From an uncultured delta proteobacterium (GTDB taxonomy: Bacteria > Desulfobacterota > Binatia > DP-6): 64,000 bases of DNA. Each line of letters starts with the position of its first letter. The first letter of the stretch is position 1. Position numbers and translations under genes: made by a program. The stretch lies in the NCBI GenBank assembly GCA_963815115.1, contig CAWFFN010000008.1, positions 608,001 to 672,000 of the forward strand, given 5' to 3'. The notes under the pieces were generated by a model. That model searched no databases, was not told the origin of the DNA, and was given only the letters and a program-made list of their open reading frames with translations. This document shows positions 58,934 through 64,000 of the stretch, piece by piece.

Positions 58934-59686
58934 ATGACGACGTCCTCCTACGACCTGATCGGCCGCGGCTACGACCAGCATCGCCGCCCCGACCGCCGCA
59001 TCGCGGCGTGCATCCTCGCGGCCCTCGGTGACGCCGGGTCCGTCGTCAACGTCGGTGCGGGCACGGGGTCGTACGAGCCCCGGGACCGCCTCGTCGCCGC
59101 CGTCGAGCCGTCGGGGGTCATGATCGCGCAGCGGCCATCCGATGCGGCGCCGGTGGTGCGCGGCAGCGCCGAGGCGCTCCCGTTCGGGAACGGCGCCTTC
59201 GACGCCGCCACCGCCTTGCTGACGGTGCACCACTGGGCGGACTTCCGGCGTGGCCTCGCAGAGATGCGCCGCGTGGCGCGCCGCCGCGTGGTCGTGTTGA
59301 CCTGGGATCGCGATGGATTCGGTGACGGCTTCTGGCTCGCGCGCGACTACCTCCCCGAGGTGCGCGAGGCCGAGCAGGGTCTCGCCACGTTGCACGAGAT
59401 CGTCGCGGCCCTGGGGACGTGCAGCATCCAGCCCGTCCCGGTGCCGCACGACTGCACCGACGGCTTCTTCGGCGCGTTCTGGCGGCGGCCGGAGGCCTAT
59501 CTCGACGCGGGCGTGCGGGCCTCGATCTCGGCCCTCGCCCGTCTCGGCGAGGCCAGCGTCCGCCCGGCGATCGAGCGGCTCGCGGGCGACCTCGCCTCGG
59601 GCGCGTGGGAGCGGCGCTACGGGCACCTGCGCGTGCTCGAGGAGATCGACCTCGGCTACCGCCTCGTGGTGAGTTCCCGGCCGTGA
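58934..59686 (+). CDS. Class I SAM-dependent methyltransferase
   Basis: YD.IG.GY..RRPD.RIA, VNVGAGTGSY, TVHHW, AFWRRPEAYLD. Confidence 0.88.
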   Translation: MTTSSYDLIGRGYDQHRRPDRRIAACILAALGDAGSVVNVGAGTGSYEPRDRLVAAVEPSGVMIAQRPSDAAPVVRGSAEALPFGNGAFDAATALLTVHHWADFRRGLAEMRRVARRRVVVLTWDRDGFGDGFWLARDYLPEVREAEQGLATLHEIVAALGTCSIQPVPVPHDCTDGFFGAFWRRPEAYLDAGVRASISALARLGEASVRPAIERLAGDLASGAWERRYGHLRVLEEIDLGYRLVVSSRP

Positions 59687-59762
59687 CGATGTGCCGGGTC
59701 GCGGTGCGCCTTGTTGCGGCGGCACGCCGCCGACTATAGTGCCTGCTGCCCGCGTGGCCGCC

Positions 59763-60263
59763 ATGCATCGCTGGAACCACGTCAACTACGCCATCCCGCC
59801 GGAGCGCATGCCGCTCGTCGAGCAGTGCATCGACGCGGTCTTCCCCTGGGAGAAGTTCGTCGCCAAGCCCTATCTCCTGGGCTACCGCTTCACGGACGAT
59901 CTGAACGAGGGCGCGCTCTACTTCCGCCCCGTCCCGGAAGCCGGCGTGATCGAAGACGCGCTGCAGCGGCTGCGAACCCAGGACGCGGCGCTCGACGGCG
60001 CGCTCGCGCGGCTCGAGCACATCGAGGCCGACTGGGCCGACCACACCGGGTTCATGGTCGAGAGCGTGGCGGAGTGGGAGGAGCGCGTGGCGGCGATCGG
60101 GCGACTCGAGCACGAGCGACCCGAGTTCGCCGTGCGCATCGTCGACGTGCTGCGACCCGGCGACGGCCGCTCGCAGACGGACTATCTGCACCAGGCGTTC
60201 ATTCGCGTCGGGCTGCTCGGCCGGCTGCGCAACACCTTCGAGATGCAGGCCCGCCGGTCCTGA
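59763..60263 (+). CDS. Hypothetical protein, VOC/glyoxalase-like
   Basis: WNHV, DHTGF, FEMQ resemble the VOC His/His/Glu metal ligands; coupled to LLM gene (TGATG). Confidence 0.55.
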   Translation: MHRWNHVNYAIPPERMPLVEQCIDAVFPWEKFVAKPYLLGYRFTDDLNEGALYFRPVPEAGVIEDALQRLRTQDAALDGALARLEHIEADWADHTGFMVESVAEWEERVAAIGRLEHERPEFAVRIVDVLRPGDGRSQTDYLHQAFIRVGLLGRLRNTFEMQARRS

Positions 60264-61156
60264 TGGAGTTCGGCGTCGTCCTGCCGACCTTCGGACCGCC
60301 GGCGCGCGGCGTGGCCCTGGCCTCGCGGCTGCGGGAGATCGCCGAGGCGGCCGACGAGCTGGGCTACCACGTGGTCTTCACGGCCGAGCACCTGATCTTT
60401 CCGCCGGAGATCCGTACGCCCTACCCGTACGGCGGCCGGTTCCCCTACCCGGTCGACGATCCCGTCCTCGATCCCCCGGCGACGCTGGCGTGGGTCGCCG
60501 CGCTGACGCGGCACGTCCGCCTCGGCGCCTCGGTGATGGTGCTGCCGTATCGCGAGCCGATCGCCCTCGCCAAGGCGCTCGCGACCATCGACGTGCTGTC
60601 GGGCGGCCGCCTCATGGTGGGCGTCGCCAGCGGCTGGCTGCGGGAGGAGTTCGAGCTCCTCGGCGTGCCGTTCCGCGAGCGCGGGGCGCGGACCGACGAG
60701 TACCTCGCCGCCCTGATCGCCCTGTGGACGGAGGAGCGGGTGACGTTCCACGGCCGCTGGGTCGAGCTGGAAGAGGCGGCCTTCTTTCCGAAGCCGATCC
60801 AGAAGCCGTACCCACCCATCTGGATCGGCGGGCGGAGCCCGGCTGCCTTCCGCCGCGTGGCGCGCTTCGGCGACGGTTGGCTCGCGGTGCCACGCACCCC
60901 GGACGAGCTCGCCGCCGACGTGAGTGCGATCCGTCGCGAGGCGGAGGCGGCGGGCCGCGACCCCGGGCGCATCGGCGTCGCCGCCAGCGGCGGGGCGCGC
61001 TCGGTCTCCGAGCTGCTCGACCGGATCCCGGCCCTCGAGCGCGCCGGGGCCACCATCGTCACCGTCCCGGCGATCTTCTGGGCGGCCGGCGTCCCCCAGG
61101 CAATCGAGCTGATGGACGAGTTTGCCGCCCGCGCCGGGCTCGGGCGCCGCGACTGA
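60263..61156 (+). CDS. LLM-class (probably F420-dependent) oxidoreductase
   Basis: AEHLIFP, LPYREP..LAK.LATIDVLSGGR, GWLREEF, PKPIQKPYPPIWIGG. Confidence 0.88.
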   Translation: MEFGVVLPTFGPPARGVALASRLREIAEAADELGYHVVFTAEHLIFPPEIRTPYPYGGRFPYPVDDPVLDPPATLAWVAALTRHVRLGASVMVLPYREPIALAKALATIDVLSGGRLMVGVASGWLREEFELLGVPFRERGARTDEYLAALIALWTEERVTFHGRWVELEEAAFFPKPIQKPYPPIWIGGRSPAAFRRVARFGDGWLAVPRTPDELAADVSAIRREAEAAGRDPGRIGVAASGGARSVSELLDRIPALERAGATIVTVPAIFWAAGVPQAIELMDEFAARAGLGRRD

Positions 61157-61170
61157 CACGGAGTATCGCC

Positions 61171-61488
61171 ATGGCCGCACGAGAAGGCTCATCCGTCATC
61201 GGAACCGCCGAGCTGTTCGAGAACGAGCGCGTGAAGGTGTGGGACTTCGTGCTCGAGCCCGGCGAGGCGGTCCCGCTGCACACGCACCGCCGCGACCACG
61301 TGATCGTCGTGCTCGAGGGCAGCGACCTCGAGGTGGAGTACGGCGACGGCCGCAGGCAAGCGTACTCTCCCAAGCCGGGCGACGTGCACTGGACCCGCGT
61401 CGACGGCGGTCCCGCCCACACCCACGATGCGCGCAACGTCGGCACGACACGCTATCGCAACCTGATCGTCGAGCTGAAGGAGCCGTGA
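61171..61488 (+). CDS. Cupin domain protein
   Basis: FENERVKVW, LEPGEAVPLHTH, THDARNVG. Confidence 0.85.
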   Translation: MAAREGSSVIGTAELFENERVKVWDFVLEPGEAVPLHTHRRDHVIVVLEGSDLEVEYGDGRRQAYSPKPGDVHWTRVDGGPAHTHDARNVGTTRYRNLIVELKEP

Positions 61489-62507
61489 GCGCGCTCACCA
61501 TCGTCTCCCTGAACACCGCGCAGCGCGACGAGCTCTTCGCCCCGGTCCGCGCCATCGAGGGCGTCGAGCTCGTGCACGCCGATCATCGCGTGTCGTGGGA
61601 GGAGATCTCCGCCCGCCGGGCGGGACGAGCACAGCCCGAGCCCGAGCCGATCGCGGACGACCTGCGCCCGACGCTGGCGCGCGCCGACGTCGTCTTCGGC
61701 TTCGTGATCCCGCGTGGCATCCTCGCCCTGGCGCCGCGCGTGCGCTGGATTGCCACCCCCGCCACCGGCATCGACCACCTGCGCGGCACCGGCGTGCTGG
61801 AGGGCACGGTTCCGGTCACGACCGTGGGCGGCCTCTTCGGTCCCCTCATCGCGGAGCACGTGTTCGCCGTCATGCTGGCCGTCGCGAAGCGCCTGCCGCA
61901 CTTCGCGGCGCAGCAGCGAACCCGCACCTGGCAGATGTCGCGCGTGGCGGCGCTCGAGGGCCGCACCGTGGGCCTGGTCGGCGTGGGCGCCATCGGCAGC
62001 GCCGTCGCGGTGCGCGCGAAGGCATTCGGGATGCGCACGCTCGGCGTCGGCCGCTGCGATCCGCGCGGCCGCAGCGTCGCCGGAGTGGACCGGCTCCTCG
62101 GGCGCGACGAGCTGGCGACTCTGCTCGCCGAATCGGACTGGGTGGTCGTCGCCGCCGCCGACACCCCGGAGACGCGCGGCATGATCGGCACGGCGGAGCT
62201 CGCGGTGATGAGGCCGGGCGCCGTGCTGGTGAACGTCGCGCGCGGCAGCCTGGTCGACGAGGCGGCGCTGGTGGACGGGCTTCGCGCCGGCCGCATCGCC
62301 GGCGCGGCGCTCGACGTCTTCGCCAGCGAGCCGCTGCCGCCCGGAAGCCCGCTCTGGGAGCTTCCCAACGTGCTGGTCACGCCGCACATCGCGACCAACG
62401 TGCCCGAGTATCTCGCGCGCGCCATCGAGCAGTTCGCCGTCAACGTGCACCGCTTCCTGGCGGGCGAGCCGCTGCTCAACCAGGTCGACCGGCGTCGCGG
62501 GTACTAG
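61485..62507 (+). CDS. D-2-hydroxyacid dehydrogenase
   Basis: VGVGAIG, NVARG, LDVFASEPL, TPHIA. Confidence 0.9.
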   Translation: MSALTIVSLNTAQRDELFAPVRAIEGVELVHADHRVSWEEISARRAGRAQPEPEPIADDLRPTLARADVVFGFVIPRGILALAPRVRWIATPATGIDHLRGTGVLEGTVPVTTVGGLFGPLIAEHVFAVMLAVAKRLPHFAAQQRTRTWQMSRVAALEGRTVGLVGVGAIGSAVAVRAKAFGMRTLGVGRCDPRGRSVAGVDRLLGRDELATLLAESDWVVVAAADTPETRGMIGTAELAVMRPGAVLVNVARGSLVDEAALVDGLRAGRIAGAALDVFASEPLPPGSPLWELPNVLVTPHIATNVPEYLARAIEQFAVNVHRFLAGEPLLNQVDRRRGY

Positions 62508-62546
62508 AGGGGCCCGCGGTGCCACATCCCGTGGCCACCGGGTGTC

Positions 62547-62581
62547 TTGCTCCTGTATGCAGGGCGATGCAGAATGCAGCC
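62547..62581 (+). promoter_or_regulatory. TA promoter with ATGCAG direct repeats (leaderless)
   Basis: TTGCTC-N17-CAGAAT 6 nt before ATG; ATGCAG at 62557, 62567 and 62574. Confidence 0.5.
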
Positions 62582-62854
62582 ATGGCCAAGGACGCTGCCG
62601 TCACCGTTCGCCTGCCCCAGTCGCTCAAGCGGGCGCTCGAAGTGCGCGCGCGGCGCGAGCGCCGGTCCCTGTCGGCGCAGATCGCGGCATATCTCGAGCG
62701 CGGCGTGGCGGACGAGCCCGCCGTGGCAGATGCCCCGGGACGGCTCCTCGGTCTCTTCGAGGGGGGGCCCGTCCCGTCCGACGCGGACTTCACGCGCGTC
62801 CGCCGGCTGCTCTGGGGCTCGCTCGGCAAGCGACGGAGCCGCCGTGGGGCGTAG
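62582..62854 (+). CDS. Ribbon-helix-helix antitoxin
   Basis: AVTVRLPQSLKRALEVRARRERRSLSAQI; upstream of PIN gene. Confidence 0.8.
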   Translation: MAKDAAVTVRLPQSLKRALEVRARRERRSLSAQIAAYLERGVADEPAVADAPGRLLGLFEGGPVPSDADFTRVRRLLWGSLGKRRSRRGA

Positions 62855-63242
62855 ATACGTCGTCGATACGCACGCCCTCGTCTTCATGCTGACGGCGCCG
62901 CGGAAGCTGGGGACAGACGCGCGTGCAGCGCTCGGACGGGTCGAGGCGGGGCGCGACCAGGCGTTCGTCCCGGCTGCCGTCGTGACAGAGATCCTCATCC
63001 TCCGCGACCTCGGCCGCGTACGCGTCGGCCTGCCGGAGCTCCGCAAGGCCACGGAGTCGGCGCCGGGCCTCCGCTTCCTGCCCCTCGATCTCCCGCAGCT
63101 CGATCACTTCGCCGCCCTCGTCGCGCTCCGCGACCCCTTCGACCGGCTCATCGTCTCGGCGGCACGGGCGATGGGCGCTGCACTGGTCACTCGCGACGGC
63201 GACATCGCCGAGAGCGGCCTGGTCGAGACCGTCTGGTCCTAG
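62844..63242 (+). CDS. vapC: VapC PIN-domain toxin
   Basis: YVVDTHAL, VVTEI, RDPFDRLI, LVTRD. Confidence 0.87.
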   Translation: MGRRYVVDTHALVFMLTAPRKLGTDARAALGRVEAGRDQAFVPAAVVTEILILRDLGRVRVGLPELRKATESAPGLRFLPLDLPQLDHFAALVALRDPFDRLIVSAARAMGAALVTRDGDIAESGLVETVWS

Positions 63243-63249
63243 GAGGCGG

Positions 63250-64000
63250 CTACCCGCCAGCACGCAGCGCGCGCAGGAACGCCCTGCCGTAGCGGGCGAG
63301 CTTCGCCGGCCCCACGCCGGAGACGGCGAGCAGCCCGGCCTCGTCGGTCGGCCGCGCCGCGGCCATGCGGGCGAGGACCGCGTCGCTGAAGACGATGTAG
63401 GCGGGCACGCCCTCGGCCTCGGCGAGGCTGCGGCGCAGCACGCGCAGGCGTTCGAAGAGCTCGCCGTCCGGGGCGCCCGGAAGAGCGCCGGCCACGGACG
63501 CGGCCGGCCGCACCAGATCGGCGAGCGACGTCCCGCGGCAGCAATCGCACGCCGAGCCGCAGGCGGCGATGTCCTCGTCGAAGTAACGCACGAGCCGCTG
63601 CCAGCGGCATCCCGGCGCCTCGGCAAGCTCGAACATGGCGACGCTCTTGGCGCGCGCCGTCCGGCGTGCCACCGGATCGTCCAGCGATTCCTGCATGCGC
63701 TGGTGGCCGATGACGTCGGCCCACGAGTAGAGCAGCACGCAGTCGCTCGGCAGCCCGTCGCGCCCTGCCCGCCCGATCTCCTGGTACCAGCTCTCGATCG
63801 ATCGCGGCAGCTCGCGATGGATCACGTAGCGCACGTTCGACTTGTCGATCCCCATCCCGAACGCGATGGTCGCGACGACGACGTCCACCTCGTCGCGCGC
63901 GAAGGCGTCCTGGTGGCGGGCGCGCACGGCATCGTCCAGGCCGGCGTGATACGGCACGGCACGCACGCCCGCGCCGCGGAGGAACTCGGCCAGCGACTCG
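63250..64000 (-). CDS. recQ: RecQ helicase, C-terminal part (5' partial)
   Basis: YHAGL, ATIAFGMGIDK, YQEIGRAGRDG, Zn-binding cysteines, HRDC (VPAYIVFSD, GVGPAK). Confidence 0.92.
   Translation of the reverse strand, partial: ESLAEFLRGAGVRAVPYHAGLDDAVRARHQDAFARDEVDVVVATIAFGMGIDKSNVRYVIHRELPRSIESWYQEIGRAGRDGLPSDCVLLYSWADVIGHQRMQESLDDPVARRTARAKSVAMFELAEAPGCRWQRLVRYFDEDIAACGSACDCCRGTSLADLVRPAASVAGALPGAPDGELFERLRVLRRSLAEAEGVPAYIVFSDAVLARMAAARPTDEAGLLAVSGVGPAKLARYGRAFLRALRAGG

Overview
Very GC-rich bacterial chromosome segment. Gene content and order (siroheme dehydrogenase-ccsA-hemA-hemC-cobA/hemD-hemB, DUF1844-degP-tsaD-rsmA-mutM, carD) suggest a deltaproteobacteria-like lineage such as Ca. Binatia; this is inference only. 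The window holds about 65 CDS, mostly housekeeping (polA, hisC, hem operon, tsaD, rsmA, mutM, cysK, larE, carD, coaD, rsmD, recQ). It also has a radical SAM/DASS transporter/sat module, an ECF sigma/anti-sigma operon, a GldA/F/G-like ABC system, two PIN-type TA pairs, a DprE1/DprE2-like glycosylation locus and a catabolic right arm. No rRNA, tRNA, CRISPR array or transposase was seen. The best lead is an operon of two crotonases and an acyl-CoA ligase (45.3-48.8 kb) bracketed by two desulforedoxin-like CxxC...CC microproteins (39 and 47 aa) that the ORF track misses. Other leads are a structured leader of about 250 nt behind a near-consensus sigma70 promoter (33.2-33.5 kb), tandem Lpp/OprI-like lipoproteins, a lower-GC membrane protein with a duplicated DUF5919-like domain, and many apparently leaderless genes. 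Single-base frameshifts in the ECF sigma gene and hemA sit in homopolymers and may be sequencing errors. Family calls come from motif recognition, not database searches.
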